Of a stretch of DNA of 64,000 nucleotides, positions 44,339 through 54,588 are shown piece by piece. The DNA is from Candidatus Adlerbacteria bacterium. GTDB taxonomy: Bacteria; Patescibacteriota; Minisyncoccia; Phycocordibacterales; SBAW01. Position 1 is the stretch's first letter, and each line of letters starts with the position of its first letter. The notes below the pieces were generated by a model. The model was not told where the DNA came from and made no database searches. It was given only the letters and a program-made list of their open reading frames with translations. The translations under genes were made by a program, and so were the position numbers. Location of the stretch: the NCBI GenBank assembly GCA_903851045.1, contig CAINNF010000017.1, positions 34,353 to 98,352 on the forward strand, read 5' to 3'.

Positions 44339-45622
44339 ATGCCAAAACCAAAAAAAGGAGTCAAAAAGGTGGTTTCCAAGACGGCCCGACCAGCACGGTC
44401 GGGCGGTGCTTCTCGTGCTGTTAAAAGTGTCGTAGCCAAGGCGAAGAAGTTTCGTGATGCGGCAGCGACTCGCCGAGTCAAACTGGCGCCTAAAAAGACG
44501 GTTGTGAAGGGTGCGAAAACCGCTACAAGTAAGGCGGCGGCTAAGGTCGCCAAGCCGACCAATGAACGCGACAAGAAGGCCGAGTCGCTCATGGCGCGTG
44601 GCCGACAGAGCGGGTTCATCACCTATGATGAAATTCTCAAAGTGTTCCCGACCATCGAGACGGACGTCAACTTCCTGGAAGAACTATACGAGAAGTTCGC
44701 CGCCGCCCATATCGACGTGCTCGAAGGCGGCGGCATGCTCGAGATCGTCGATGATGCTCCCGAGAAGGGGTACGCGCGTTCCGACTCGCAGTACGACTCG
44801 ATCCAAATGTACCTGCGCGAGATAGGGAAGTATCCACTGCTCAACGCACAATCCGAGCGCGACCTCGCGAAGCGTATCGTCGATGGTGACGAAGAGGCAC
44901 GCAACCTGCTTGCGCGCGCGAACCTGCGCCTCGTCGTCTCTATCGCCAAGAAGTATGTCGGTCGTAGCCCTGACCTGACACTGCTCGACCTCATCCAAGA
45001 GGGCAACCTTGGCCTCTTCAAGGCAGTCGACAAATTTGATTACACCAAGGGATACAAGTTCTCGACCTACGCGACGTGGTGGATCCGCCAAGCTATCACC
45101 CGTGCGCTCGCCGACCAGTCGCGCACCATCCGCATCCCTGTCCACATGGTGGAGACCATTGCGAAGTACAAGCAAGTCTCGCGTCGCCTCTCCCAAGACC
45201 TCGGCCGCGACCCACTTGCCGAGGAGATCGCGCTCGAAATGGGTGTCGATGTCGACAAGATATACCAGATCGAGAAGATCGACCAAGACACCGTGTCGCT
45301 CGAAAGCCCAGTGGGCGACGAGAGCGAAGATGGCAAGTCAGTCTTGGGCGACTTCATCAAAGACGATAAGATTCTCTCGCCCGACCAAGAGGTCTCCCGC
45401 CGTATCCTCGCCGACCAGCTCAAAGAGATCCTCGACGAACTCAGCCCGAAAGAGCGCGAGATCCTCAAACTCCGCCACGGGCTGGAGGACGGCATCTACC
45501 ACACGCTGGAAGAGGTTGGCAAAAAGTTCGGCGTCACCCGCGAACGCATCCGCCAAATCGAAGCCAAGGCTTTAGAGCGCATCCGCACCCACGACAAAGC
45601 AAAACGACTACGGAGCTATTAG
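44339..45622 (+). CDS. rpoD: RNA polymerase primary sigma factor (sigma-70) with ~80-aa Lys/Ala-rich N-terminal tail
   Basis: Regions 1.2-4 ([84 protein letters not shown]). N-terminus [23 protein letters not shown]...[41 protein letters not shown]. Confidence 0.9.
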   Translation: MPKPKKGVKKVVSKTARPARSGGASRAVKSVVAKAKKFRDAAATRRVKLAPKKTVVKGAKTATSKAAAKVAKPTNERDKKAESLMARGRQSGFITYDEILKVFPTIETDVNFLEELYEKFAAAHIDVLEGGGMLEIVDDAPEKGYARSDSQYDSIQMYLREIGKYPLLNAQSERDLAKRIVDGDEEARNLLARANLRLVVSIAKKYVGRSPDLTLLDLIQEGNLGLFKAVDKFDYTKGYKFSTYATWWIRQAITRALADQSRTIRIPVHMVETIAKYKQVSRRLSQDLGRDPLAEEIALEMGVDVDKIYQIEKIDQDTVSLESPVGDESEDGKSVLGDFIKDDKILSPDQEVSRRILADQLKEILDELSPKEREILKLRHGLEDGIYHTLEEVGKKFGVTRERIRQIEAKALERIRTHDKAKRLRSY

Positions 45623-45798
45623 GTTTAGAAGATTTTCCTATTTTCGGTTGAGTTTATATGCGTGCTACTTTCTATAGTTCTCCCTTATCTTGATTGTTAG
45701 GGGAAAAGTATTCTACTTGCCTTTTTGCAGGTTGGGTGTAGTATGAGTACATAAACGGCTTCGGCCTACCCCCCGCCCACAAGGCGGGGGGGCAACGT

Positions 45799-46203
45799 TT
45801 AGGGGTTCAAATCAGGAAAGCACACGCCTATGACGGCCTTTGTGAGCGCGCGAAAAACGTCCTTGTCCATAGTTGCAATTTTTACGGTCAATCGTTTGCG
45901 ATCCACGAATCGAATCTGTGATAAGACGGCTACCGCGTCTCTCCCGGATACTGCTCCTACGGAGAAGTAATATTTTCCTTCCTTTGGTCTGGCTGTCAGT
46001 GGAACAATAAGACAAGTGTCGAGATTGAATTTTGATAGTATGACGACAGGTCGAGTAAACAATTCACTTCCACCATCTTGTTCGTAGCCAACATTGGTGC
46101 CAAGTGTGCACCACCACACCTCTCGCTCATGAAAGAGGGCAGTTCCTTTTGTGTTGTTAATTTCCTCTTTCTTCGTATGCCATCGCCAAAAGTCTTTTTT
46201 CAT
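45799..46203 (-). CDS. MazF/PemK-family endoribonuclease toxin, no adjacent antitoxin found
   Basis: FHEREVWWCTLGTNVGYEQDGGSELFTRPVVILS and LDTCLIVPLTARPK parallel MazF GDLIWVDFDPTKGSEQAGHRPAVVLS...GMCLCVPCTTQSK. Start taken at ATG (complement 46201-46203). A GTG 18 nt upstream is also possible. AT-richer patch. Confidence 0.6.
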   Translation of the reverse strand: MKKDFWRWHTKKEEINNTKGTALFHEREVWWCTLGTNVGYEQDGGSELFTRPVVILSKFNLDTCLIVPLTARPKEGKYYFSVGAVSGRDAVAVLSQIRFVDRKRLTVKIATMDKDVFRALTKAVIGVCFPDLNP

Positions 46204-46255
46204 TTTGGGAGAGCTTACCACCAGTCAGAATTTTATCAACGGCCACCTATTTAGA

Positions 46256-46831
46256 ATGGATGCATGTGCTACAATGCCGGAAATGACCCCAAAAGACGCA
46301 GTATTTATTACGGGGAATCAGAAGAAGGCGGAGTATCTCTCTCGCTACTTGGGGCATTCGGTTGAGCACAGCAAGGTTGAGTTGGAGGAGATACAGTCGC
46401 TTGATCTACAGGAAGTTGTCCGGCACAAGGTACGCCAGGCGTATGCGCAGGTGGGGCGGCCGGTGTTGGTGGAGGATGTGTCGCTGGAGTTCGTGGCACT
46501 TGGGCGATTGCCGGGGACGTTCATTCGCTGGTTCCAAGAAGAGTTGTCGCCAGCGGAATTATGTAGGCTGCTTGATGGCAAGGACCGTTCTGCAATCGCC
46601 CGCTGCATGTTCGGCTACTATGATGGCATGGCAGAGCACTATTTCGAAGGTGAGTTGCGCGGGCGTGTTGCCGAAAAACCTGCTGGCACAGATGGCTTTG
46701 GTTGGGACTCCATTTTTATCCCCGAAGGGTACGATGTCACTCGAGCTGAACTGAGCGAAGATGATGATCGGTTAACCTACCTTACGCTCAAACCGTTCAC
46801 GCAGATACGAACTTTTCTCTTGGGGGAATAG
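46256..46831 (+). CDS. non-canonical purine NTP pyrophosphatase (Ham1/RdgB/ITPase family)
   Basis: AVFITGNQKKAEYL N-terminal signature and FGWDSIFIP C-terminal motif. True start may be ATG 46274 or 46283. Confidence 0.75.
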   Translation: MDACATMPEMTPKDAVFITGNQKKAEYLSRYLGHSVEHSKVELEEIQSLDLQEVVRHKVRQAYAQVGRPVLVEDVSLEFVALGRLPGTFIRWFQEELSPAELCRLLDGKDRSAIARCMFGYYDGMAEHYFEGELRGRVAEKPAGTDGFGWDSIFIPEGYDVTRAELSEDDDRLTYLTLKPFTQIRTFLLGE

Positions 46832-46847
46832 CTGGACCTTCCTGCTC

Positions 46848-47066
46848 TTGTGGTGCATACTCCTTCTTGTTCTTGGATATACAGCAAAGGTGTATAGGGG
46901 CATGGATCCTCTTACTGTATTGGGAGCTAGCATGGCTCTTATAGTCTGGGGCGTTGGGTATGGTCTTGGGTTGTCTTGGAAGTGGAGCCTTGGGCTCGCT
47001 TCTGTGGCACTGATCGCTTTGATGGGTGTCTGTGCGTACTTCGGCGCTATTGGCGAAGGTTTCTAA
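46848..47066 (+). CDS. small membrane protein (72 aa)
   Basis: Two predicted TM helices. Weak support. Confidence 0.3.
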   Translation: MWCILLLVLGYTAKVYRGMDPLTVLGASMALIVWGVGYGLGLSWKWSLGLASVALIALMGVCAYFGAIGEGF

Positions 47067-47175
47067 CCATACCATGGCACGCATGGACTCGCGGGTGCAT
47101 GTATGGTTAGATACCATTGGACTACAGAGGCACATCCGGGCAATAGTGCATCAACACCCTGAAAGGGAATAGGTC

Positions 47176-47859
47176 ATGGAAACCGGTTTTCTGGTAGCGA
47201 ACCCACTGTCGGTGGGCATACCCTCGGTCTTGTTCTTCTTGCTGTTCGTGGGGGCAAGTCTGCTCCCGCTGGCTGTCGCGGGGTTGGCGGGATATTTCGA
47301 CGCTTGGGGGGCGCACCCTCCTCGGACGTGGGCGCAGGAGGTTGCAGAGTGGGTAAGTCCTTCGTTGACGACCGTGTTCCTGTGCCTGCCAGCGCTCTTG
47401 TGGCGTCTGCAGTGCGACTGGACGCGCACGCCCGTGTCGCCTGAGTGGCAAGCAGCATGGTTCCTCGTGCTGTTCGTGGCAGCAACCGGTGTACTCGCGG
47501 TCGCGAGATTGATTCGCAAGCGTAATGGAACAGAGGGTGTGATGGATACGATTGCTGATATAGACTTTCAGCTTGATGGTGTGCCGTCAGACTTGGCGGC
47601 ACTGGTGCGGACCAAGAAGAGTCTGCGCACTGCTCTTATCGAGATGGGAGCGGCCGGGGTCCGGCTGGTAGAGCTTAAGGCTGGGTGGAGCAACCCCGAC
47701 CTTGAGATCCGCAAGGCGCAAGCGTTCGAGGTGCAGGTGCTGGGTCGACCACTTACCAGCGACACGACATTCGGCCCGTTCGGCAAGTGTTTCGTGCAAT
47801 TGGGCAAAGGCGAGTGGGCGCTCATGAACGCACACAGTCCAGGCTTCGAAACCGCGTAA
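47176..47859 (+). CDS. membrane protein with 4 TM helices and a C-terminal soluble domain (227 aa)
   Basis: ATG 47176. Followed by an intrinsic terminator. No motif recognised. Confidence 0.5.
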   Translation: METGFLVANPLSVGIPSVLFFLLFVGASLLPLAVAGLAGYFDAWGAHPPRTWAQEVAEWVSPSLTTVFLCLPALLWRLQCDWTRTPVSPEWQAAWFLVLFVAATGVLAVARLIRKRNGTEGVMDTIADIDFQLDGVPSDLAALVRTKKSLRTALIEMGAAGVRLVELKAGWSNPDLEIRKAQAFEVQVLGRPLTSDTTFGPFGKCFVQLGKGEWALMNAHSPGFETA

Positions 47860-47874
47860 TATATAACCGACACA

Positions 47875-47905
47875 GACGATCACCCTCCAGTGGTCGTCTT
47901 TTCTT
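47875..47905 (+). terminator. rho-independent terminator
   Basis: gacgatcac / gtggtcgtc stem (one mismatch) followed by ttttctt. Confidence 0.5.
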
Positions 47906-47933
47906 GTCTTAGTGAAAGGACCGGTCCTTTCTG

Positions 47934-49505
47934 TTACATATCCCCGCCGGTGTAGGAGAGACTAAAGCTTTTGTTGATGAGCGGGAAGTCGGGCACCACG
48001 TTGCCTTTTCCAGCGTAGCCGACGCACGGCCAGTTAAGGAGCGACGGGTCGCGCATATCGACGCGTGAGATTGAGCCGGTCGAGTCGGTGGCGACGAGAC
48101 ACACCATGTCACCACGCCAGCCTTCGGTGATCGAAACGGCGAAGGCGTTCTTCGGTAGTACGGGTGGCTGTAGTTTCGCGATACTATCGCTGGGGAGCGC
48201 TTCGAGCGCCTGGAGGATCAGGTCGATGGACGTATAGACCTCTTCGATGCGTACCGTGAAGCGGGCTTCGACATCGCCTTCTTGTGCGCCCGCCATGGTG
48301 AAGCGAAGCGACTCGTACGCTGCGTACGGGTACTGCGCGCGTGCGTCGTTCTGTATGCCTACGGCTCGACCGGCCACACCGGTACACCCATGGTCTCGCG
48401 CGATCTTCGGGTCGAGGATGCCGGTATCCTTCAGACGATTGATGAGCGAGCTGGAGTCCGCGGCTATCGCCATAACTTCGGCGAAGTCGGTGCGCAGCTC
48501 CACAAGCTCTTCGCTCAACGTGTGTGCAGCCTCTTTCGAAAGATCCTTGGTGACACCGCCGATCGTGTTCACGCCCCGGAGGAACCGACTACCGGTCAGG
48601 CGGTCACAGATACGCATGACACGCTCGCGCAAGCGTGCGCCTTGCGCACCTCCGAAGTTGAACCCGGTGTCGGTCATGATTGCCCCGATGTCACTGAAGT
48701 GATTCGCCAATCGTTCGAGCTCGGAGTAGACGACGCGTAGGTGTTTTGCTCGGGCGGGTACGACGATGTTCATGAGCGTCTCGACCGCCTGGCAGAATGC
48801 GAGCGAATAGGTAAAGGACGAATCGCCGGCGATGCGCTCGGAGAGCTGCACCTTCTTCTCCAAAGGCAGCGTCTCGAACAATTTTTCGGTCCCTTTGTGC
48901 GAGTAACCGAGTCTTGGTTCGAGGTTCAGTATCTCTTCGCCCGCAAGGTGGAAGCGGAAGTGCCCTGGCTCGATGATACCCGCGTGGACCGGTCCTACAG
49001 GCAGTTCGTAGATACCTTCTTCTCCGCCGATATGTGCGAATGAGAATGGTGTATCGGTGTCGGTCATCGGTGGGCGCTCGTTCCAAAGGAACTTCTTTCT
49101 TAGTGGGTATGTTCCCTTTGGCCAGTTGTCATGCAGGATGATCGAGCGCGGGTGCGGGTGTCCCGTTGGCGAGAGACCGAAGAGCGAGTTGATCTTTCGC
49201 TCATACAAGCTCGCCTCGTGGATGGAAGGTGTAAGCGAGGGGAACTCGCTCACGGTCTGGAGCGATAAGGTGATGAACTTGTGCGCCTGGGGGATACCGA
49301 ACACATACAGTATGCGATAGAGGCCGCCGTCCCGTGTCTCGTCGAGCGCGGTGATCATCTTCAGCGGCAATCGGTGTGCACGATACAGACCGTTCGCCAA
49401 GGCCACGAGGTCCGCAGCTTTGACCGGGACGATGATGCAGTTGCCCGAGATGCTGACCTCGGTATGCTCTGGCAGATATTTTTGTATAAGATGTTTGGTG
49501 TCCAT
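47934..49505 (-). CDS. fused NuoC-NuoD-like subunit (HycE/EhrL-like) lacking NiFe-binding cysteines
   Basis: VGPVHAGIIEPGHFRF and GYSHKGTEKL NuoD/large-subunit signatures. The ~140-aa N-terminus resembles the NuoC/30-kDa fold. No RxCGxC or DPCxxC NiFe ligands. Confidence 0.75.
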   Translation of the reverse strand: MDTKHLIQKYLPEHTEVSISGNCIIVPVKAADLVALANGLYRAHRLPLKMITALDETRDGGLYRILYVFGIPQAHKFITLSLQTVSEFPSLTPSIHEASLYERKINSLFGLSPTGHPHPRSIILHDNWPKGTYPLRKKFLWNERPPMTDTDTPFSFAHIGGEEGIYELPVGPVHAGIIEPGHFRFHLAGEEILNLEPRLGYSHKGTEKLFETLPLEKKVQLSERIAGDSSFTYSLAFCQAVETLMNIVVPARAKHLRVVYSELERLANHFSDIGAIMTDTGFNFGGAQGARLRERVMRICDRLTGSRFLRGVNTIGGVTKDLSKEAAHTLSEELVELRTDFAEVMAIAADSSSLINRLKDTGILDPKIARDHGCTGVAGRAVGIQNDARAQYPYAAYESLRFTMAGAQEGDVEARFTVRIEEVYTSIDLILQALEALPSDSIAKLQPPVLPKNAFAVSITEGWRGDMVCLVATDSTGSISRVDMRDPSLLNWPCVGYAGKGNVVPDFPLINKSFSLSYTGGDM

Positions 49506-49511
49506 AGTTTT

Positions 49512-50954
49512 TTATATCGAGCTTGCTGCTGCGTGTAGTAACGTACGTATCTCTTCCGGCACGTACAATCCGAGGAGGATAAGGATGATGAGCAGGGTGA
49601 GCGACGGCACGACCGTGAGATAGTTCGATTCTCCTGGCGCCACTTCCGACGGTGCATCACCGTATGCGAGTCCGGTCACGTGTCGCAGGAAGCCGACGAA
49701 CACCAGTGCTAACCCGAACACGGCCGCAGCGGCGACGTATGGATGTAGAGCGAACCCGGCGATTATGATATACAGCTCGGTCATAAAGATACCGAACGGC
49801 GGTAACCCGACAACCGCGAGAAACGCAGTAAAGAACAGTATCGTTGTGGTCGGGAGCGTGGTAAGCAGCCCGCGCACGTTCTCTATCTTGGTCGAGCTGT
49901 ATTTGAGGAAGATATTGCCGGCACAAAAGAAGAGCGACGACTTCGCGAGCGAGTGGTAGATCATGTGCAGGAGTGCAGCGAAAGTCCCGACCCCACCGAA
50001 GCCGAACCCCAGCACCATAATACCCGCATGTTCGATACTGGAGTATGCCAGGAGGCGCTTGTAGTTCCATTGCGTAAAGATGATGAGGCCCGCGACGAGG
50101 ATGGTGAAGAGTCCGAAGCCTATGAGAAGGTACTGAGTGAAGTTCGAGTGGAGCGCGAGATCGGTCACTCCCTTAAAGCGCAGGAGCGCCAAGAGCGCGA
50201 CGTTGAGCAGTGCACCCGAGAATAGGGCGACGACCGGTGTCGGTGCCTTACTGTACGCGTCCGGTTTCCAGGTGTGCATGGGAGCTAGCCCGATCTTGGT
50301 GCCGTAGCCGATCAGCACCATAACGAACCCGATCTTTGCCACGAGCGGGTCTATGGCGCCTGCACTCGCTCGGAGCATGTCCCAGGTAACGAACTCGGCA
50401 CCGCCTGCGTCACGAAACGCGGTGAAGTAGAGAAGCGTGCCCAAGAACCCAAGCAGCAGCCCGACCGAGTTGATGATGAGATACTTCCATGCGGCCTCCA
50501 TCGCTGAGCGTTTGTTATAGAAGCTGACCAAGAAGGCGGTCGCGAGCGTCGTCGCTTCGACCGCGATCCACAACAAAATAGGTGCGGTCGTCACGACCGC
50601 GAAGAACATCGCGAATAGGAAAAGATGCACAAGCACGAAGTATTCGCGCACGCGGCGGAAGCCGATGATACCCTTCGACACCTCCTCCCGCAGGTATCCG
50701 ACCGAATAGAGCGCGGTGAAGAACCCGATGATAGCGACCGTACAGATGACAATCGCGCCGAACGCGTCGATCGAGAACGCGCCATTGTACGTTTGTGTCG
50801 CGATCGATGCACGCTGTGCGAGCACCAGGGCCGCGCCCAGTTCGAGTCCTGTCGTGAGGATCGCAACTATGTCGAGCACCAACGACTTCCGCGCGATGAC
50901 GGACAATAGTGCGGCGAGTAATGGGGTCGAAAGAAGGATAAGTAGTGTGGTCAT
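49512..50954 (-). CDS. NuoN/NuoM/MrpD-like proton-pumping antiporter subunit
   Basis: 14-TM protein with WKPDAY...IEHAGIM-type blocks (KIGLAPMHTWKPDAYSKAPTPVVALFSGALL, LLAYSSIEHAGIMVLGFG). Confidence 0.8.
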   Translation of the reverse strand: MTTLLILLSTPLLAALLSVIARKSLVLDIVAILTTGLELGAALVLAQRASIATQTYNGAFSIDAFGAIVICTVAIIGFFTALYSVGYLREEVSKGIIGFRRVREYFVLVHLFLFAMFFAVVTTAPILLWIAVEATTLATAFLVSFYNKRSAMEAAWKYLIINSVGLLLGFLGTLLYFTAFRDAGGAEFVTWDMLRASAGAIDPLVAKIGFVMVLIGYGTKIGLAPMHTWKPDAYSKAPTPVVALFSGALLNVALLALLRFKGVTDLALHSNFTQYLLIGFGLFTILVAGLIIFTQWNYKRLLAYSSIEHAGIMVLGFGFGGVGTFAALLHMIYHSLAKSSLFFCAGNIFLKYSSTKIENVRGLLTTLPTTTILFFTAFLAVVGLPPFGIFMTELYIIIAGFALHPYVAAAAVFGLALVFVGFLRHVTGLAYGDAPSEVAPGESNYLTVVPSLTLLIILILLGLYVPEEIRTLLHAAASSI

Positions 50955-51610
50955 AGTGTTGTATCAGAAAGATTTTTCATCAAGGTGACGTCGAGCGAGC
51001 CGAACTGTCGATACAGCATCGAGATGAAGACGGTCGCGATAGCGACCCATACCAGGATGTCGAAGGTGATACCGAGCTCTAGTGCCGGACTTTGTTCGAG
51101 TCCGGTGAAGAGTGCGAACGCGACGATGCTGTTCTCGACCGAGAGGATGCCGAGCATCTGCGAGAGTGCGCCTTTCTTGTTGACGAGCAGGAAGAGCGAG
51201 ATGAAGAATGATGCTAGTGAAAGGAGCACGAGCGTCGGACTTTCGGGACTAAGGTTCGCGAGCGGCGCGAAGTAGTGGCTAAAGCTCAGTGCCACGATGA
51301 GCGCGAGCACCAGCAAGGTTTCGGGGCTACTCAGGTAGGTGGTGCTCGAGAAACGGAGCTGATTGCGGCGCACAAGACGCGCGAGGAAGTATGGCGCTAG
51401 GATGACCTTCACCGCAGCGGTGACCACGATGGCGATGATCGCGATCGTGGAGAAATCGCCGGCACCGGTAAGCAGTATCGCGATGGCGCCCGACTGGAGC
51501 GCATACAGCGAAATGGCGGTCCGATTCTTCTTCACGAGGTGTTGTAATACGCTCGACATGAACACGATGACGCCGAGGATGAGGATCAGTTGTGGTGCGA
51601 TGAGTGACAT
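50951..51610 (-). CDS. HyfE/EhrC-like small membrane subunit
   Basis: Start re-placed at ATG (complement 51608-51610), MSLIAPQLILILGVIVF. About 220 aa with 6-7 TM helices. The track N-terminal extension overlaps the upstream gene and is spurious. Confidence 0.55.
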   Translation of the reverse strand: MSLIAPQLILILGVIVFMSSVLQHLVKKNRTAISLYALQSGAIAILLTGAGDFSTIAIIAIVVTAAVKVILAPYFLARLVRRNQLRFSSTTYLSSPETLLVLALIVALSFSHYFAPLANLSPESPTLVLLSLASFFISLFLLVNKKGALSQMLGILSVENSIVAFALFTGLEQSPALELGITFDILVWVAIATVFISMLYRQFGSLDVTLMKNLSDTTL

Positions 51611-51615
51611 ACGGT

Positions 51616-52542
51616 TTAGATGATGAGTCCGATAGCGATGATCCCGAGCAGGCAGGAGGTAAAGAGGAGGTCGGGCAATCGGAAGATGCGTAGTTTCGAG
51701 ATGCTCGACTCGAGCGTTGCGATACACAGACACAGAAGCGACACCTTCGCGACGAGGATGATAAGACCGACGACTATGGCACCGAGCGACAAGGTGTGGG
51801 CGAGTCCCCAAGGGAAGAATAAGGTGGCACCGAGCGTAAGGAAGAGCAGATACTTGTTCGCCGCGGACCACTCCATGAGTGCGAGACGCTTGCCGGAGTA
51901 TTCGAGGATCATCGCTTCGTGGACCATCGTGAGTTCAAGGTGGGTCGCCGGGTTGTCGAACGGATATCGGGCGGTCTCGGACAAGAGCGCGATAGCGAAC
52001 GCGAGCAAAGCTATCGCCACTGGGGCGATGCTCGAGAAGGGAAGCGACCGCATGGTCGTGGCGACGCTTGAAAGGTCGGTGGTGCCGCTGAGCAACACCA
52101 AGGTGAGGAGCGAAAGGATGAGCCCACCTTCGGTAAAGGCGGCGAGCATCATCTCGCGGCTGGAACCGAACCCGCCGAAGGCACTGCCAGTGTCGAGCCC
52201 TGCGAGCGCAAGCCAAAAGGTGCCGAGTGCGAAGAGGTAGATGACGACCAAAAAGTCGCCCACCGGTGATGCCGATAGTGCACTGGAGACGATGGGAATG
52301 CATGCGCCGATGGCGAGCGTCACACCAAAGGTCACGAACGGTGCCATACGGAAGATCCACGATGCATCCTCGCTGATGACCTCGTCCTTGTGGAACAGTT
52401 TATAGAGGTCGCGGTACGGCTGGAAGATGCTCGCTCCTTTGCGGTTCTGGAACTCAGCCTTGATCTTGCGGGTCAGACCGATGAACACCGGCGAGAGGAC
52501 CGGGATGAACAGCAGTTGTAGTATCCAAAGGGTGATGGTCAT
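51616..52542 (-). CDS. NuoH/HycD-like membrane subunit
   Basis: MTITLWILQLLFIPVLSPVFIGLTRKIKAEFQNRKGASIFQPYRDLYKLF is the hallmark NuoH N-terminus. 308 aa. Confidence 0.8.
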   Translation of the reverse strand: MTITLWILQLLFIPVLSPVFIGLTRKIKAEFQNRKGASIFQPYRDLYKLFHKDEVISEDASWIFRMAPFVTFGVTLAIGACIPIVSSALSASPVGDFLVVIYLFALGTFWLALAGLDTGSAFGGFGSSREMMLAAFTEGGLILSLLTLVLLSGTTDLSSVATTMRSLPFSSIAPVAIALLAFAIALLSETARYPFDNPATHLELTMVHEAMILEYSGKRLALMEWSAANKYLLFLTLGATLFFPWGLAHTLSLGAIVVGLIILVAKVSLLCLCIATLESSISKLRIFRLPDLLFTSCLLGIIAIGLII

Positions 52543-52545
52543 ACG

Positions 52546-54585
52546 TTATAGCGATATAAGCACTAACAGCGCCACGAGCGCAAGCAATATATAGAGGATG
52601 TACGCATTGATGTTACCATTTTGCATGAGTCGCACCTCTCGTGAGAGCCAGGACAGTCCGCCCGACATGCGCACGTAAAAGTTGGTGTAGATGTCCGGTA
52701 CGCCAAAGTGGACCTTGCTCGATTTGGGGAAGTATCGTAGCGCTGCGTCATGATACTCGACCTCGGTCTGGCGGGTCGGTCGCAGAACCCCGCGCATGAC
52801 GATAATGATCGAGTGCGAGAACCCGGTCGCCGTTATCTCCATGCGGCGGGTGAGCGCGGTGCCGCAGTCCCAGGTGAGGTCGATGACGCTCTTTTGTTTG
52901 CGCGAAGCGACTTCGGTCAGTGCCCATGCGGCCACGAGTCCAAGCACCACGATACTCAGCAGTAGTGGCATCGAAAGAACGGCGAACCCGTCACGCACGG
53001 AGGCGGCGGGTAGCGAGAAGGTCCCCATCGCTCGTACTCCTTCGAAACGGGCCGTCGTACCGGCGATCGTGGCGAGTACGTTCGAGATCGCACCAGCGCC
53101 AAAGCCGACCACGACCGTCAAGAGCGCCAGTGTCGCCATGCTTGCTTTCATCAGCAGCGAGTCTTCGCGTGCGTACACGACCGCGTCGGAGCGTGGGCGT
53201 GCGAGGAAGGCGGCACCGAACGCTTTGACGAAACAAGCAGCCGCAAGACCGCTGGTGAACGCGAGCGACACGATTGACAGCACGAACAAGAACTTCATCG
53301 GTGAGGCGAGAGACACACCCGCGAACATTCCCTGGAAGGTGAGCCACTCGCTGAAGAATCCGTTGAACGGCGGTAGCCCCGATATCGCCATGGAGCCGAT
53401 CAGGAAACAAGCGGCCGTCACCGGCATGTAGCGGATCAATCCGCCGTATTTTTCGATATTGCGAGTATGCATCTGTGACACGGTCGCACCTGCGGAAAGG
53501 AAGAGAAGCGCTTTGAATATCGCATGGTTGAGCGTGTGAAAGAGCGCCGCCATGAGTCCGAGCATCGCGAGTTCGGGCTGGTGGTAGGAGGTGAAGATGA
53601 GCGCGCTGCCCATGCCGAGGAGGATGATGCCGATGTTCTCGATCGAGTGGTACGCGAGCAGTCGCTTGAAGTCATGCTCCGTGAGCGCGTAGAGCACGCC
53701 CAAGAGCGAGGAGGTCGCGCCGAGCGCGAGGATCATGACGCCCCACCACACCGGCCCCGGTGGCAGAATGTCGAAGTACATACGCATCAGCATGTAGATG
53801 CCAGTCTTGATCATGACGCCCGACATGAGCGCCGAAACCTGGCTCGGTGCCGCAGGGTGCGCGCTTGGCAGCCAGATATGCAGCGGCACGATACCCGCCT
53901 TGATGCCAAACCCGATGAGCGATGTGAGAAAGATGATGCTCGCGAGCGTCGGCGAGATCGCGGCACTCCCAAGGTGCATGTTAGTGAAGTCCTGCGCCCC
54001 GGTCGCCTGGTAGAGGAGTAGGAACGAGAGCAGAATGAACGCCGTACCCGTGTGCGTCATGATGAAATAGAGGAACCCTGCGCGGATGTTCTCCTTGTTC
54101 CTGTGTTCGAACGAGACGAGGAAATAGGAGGTGAGCGCCATGATCTCCCATACGATAAGGAAGAGCGTGATCGTGTGGGCGGTCACCACCGCCAGGGTCC
54201 CAAGCACGAAGAAGTTATAGAAAAAGCCGAGCAGACCGATGTTGTAGTGGCCGAAGAGGTGTCGGACGTATCCTATGGCGTAGAGGGAACACAGGAACGC
54301 GATAAGCGAAACGACGGCCATAAAGAACGCCGACAAAAAATCGAGATGGAACGAGAGCTGCAAGAGTGGGAACGAGGTCGGGATCGTGTATGTCGGTGTC
54401 GAGCCCGACATGAGTACCGTCGTCGCGCACAGAAAGGCAACCAACGATCCGAGCGCCGCAAAGCTATTGCCCCACCAGTTCGCCACCACGTCGTCGTGCA
54501 TCCATGCAAGCGAGCCGAAAGCTCCTACCATGAAGAGGATGCACATACTGAAGAAACCGGATTGTGAGAGTAGGAAGGTTGCCAT
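52546..54585 (-). CDS. NuoL/HyfB/MrpA-like antiporter subunit
   Basis: 679 aa, ~16 TM helices, with LLAYHSIENIGIILLGMG and GIVPLHIWLPSAHPAAPSQVSALMSG blocks. Confidence 0.8.
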   Translation of the reverse strand: MATFLLSQSGFFSMCILFMVGAFGSLAWMHDDVVANWWGNSFAALGSLVAFLCATTVLMSGSTPTYTIPTSFPLLQLSFHLDFLSAFFMAVVSLIAFLCSLYAIGYVRHLFGHYNIGLLGFFYNFFVLGTLAVVTAHTITLFLIVWEIMALTSYFLVSFEHRNKENIRAGFLYFIMTHTGTAFILLSFLLLYQATGAQDFTNMHLGSAAISPTLASIIFLTSLIGFGIKAGIVPLHIWLPSAHPAAPSQVSALMSGVMIKTGIYMLMRMYFDILPPGPVWWGVMILALGATSSLLGVLYALTEHDFKRLLAYHSIENIGIILLGMGSALIFTSYHQPELAMLGLMAALFHTLNHAIFKALLFLSAGATVSQMHTRNIEKYGGLIRYMPVTAACFLIGSMAISGLPPFNGFFSEWLTFQGMFAGVSLASPMKFLFVLSIVSLAFTSGLAAACFVKAFGAAFLARPRSDAVVYAREDSLLMKASMATLALLTVVVGFGAGAISNVLATIAGTTARFEGVRAMGTFSLPAASVRDGFAVLSMPLLLSIVVLGLVAAWALTEVASRKQKSVIDLTWDCGTALTRRMEITATGFSHSIIIVMRGVLRPTRQTEVEYHDAALRYFPKSSKVHFGVPDIYTNFYVRMSGGLSWLSREVRLMQNGNINAYILYILLALVALLVLISL

Positions 54586-54588
54586 ACG

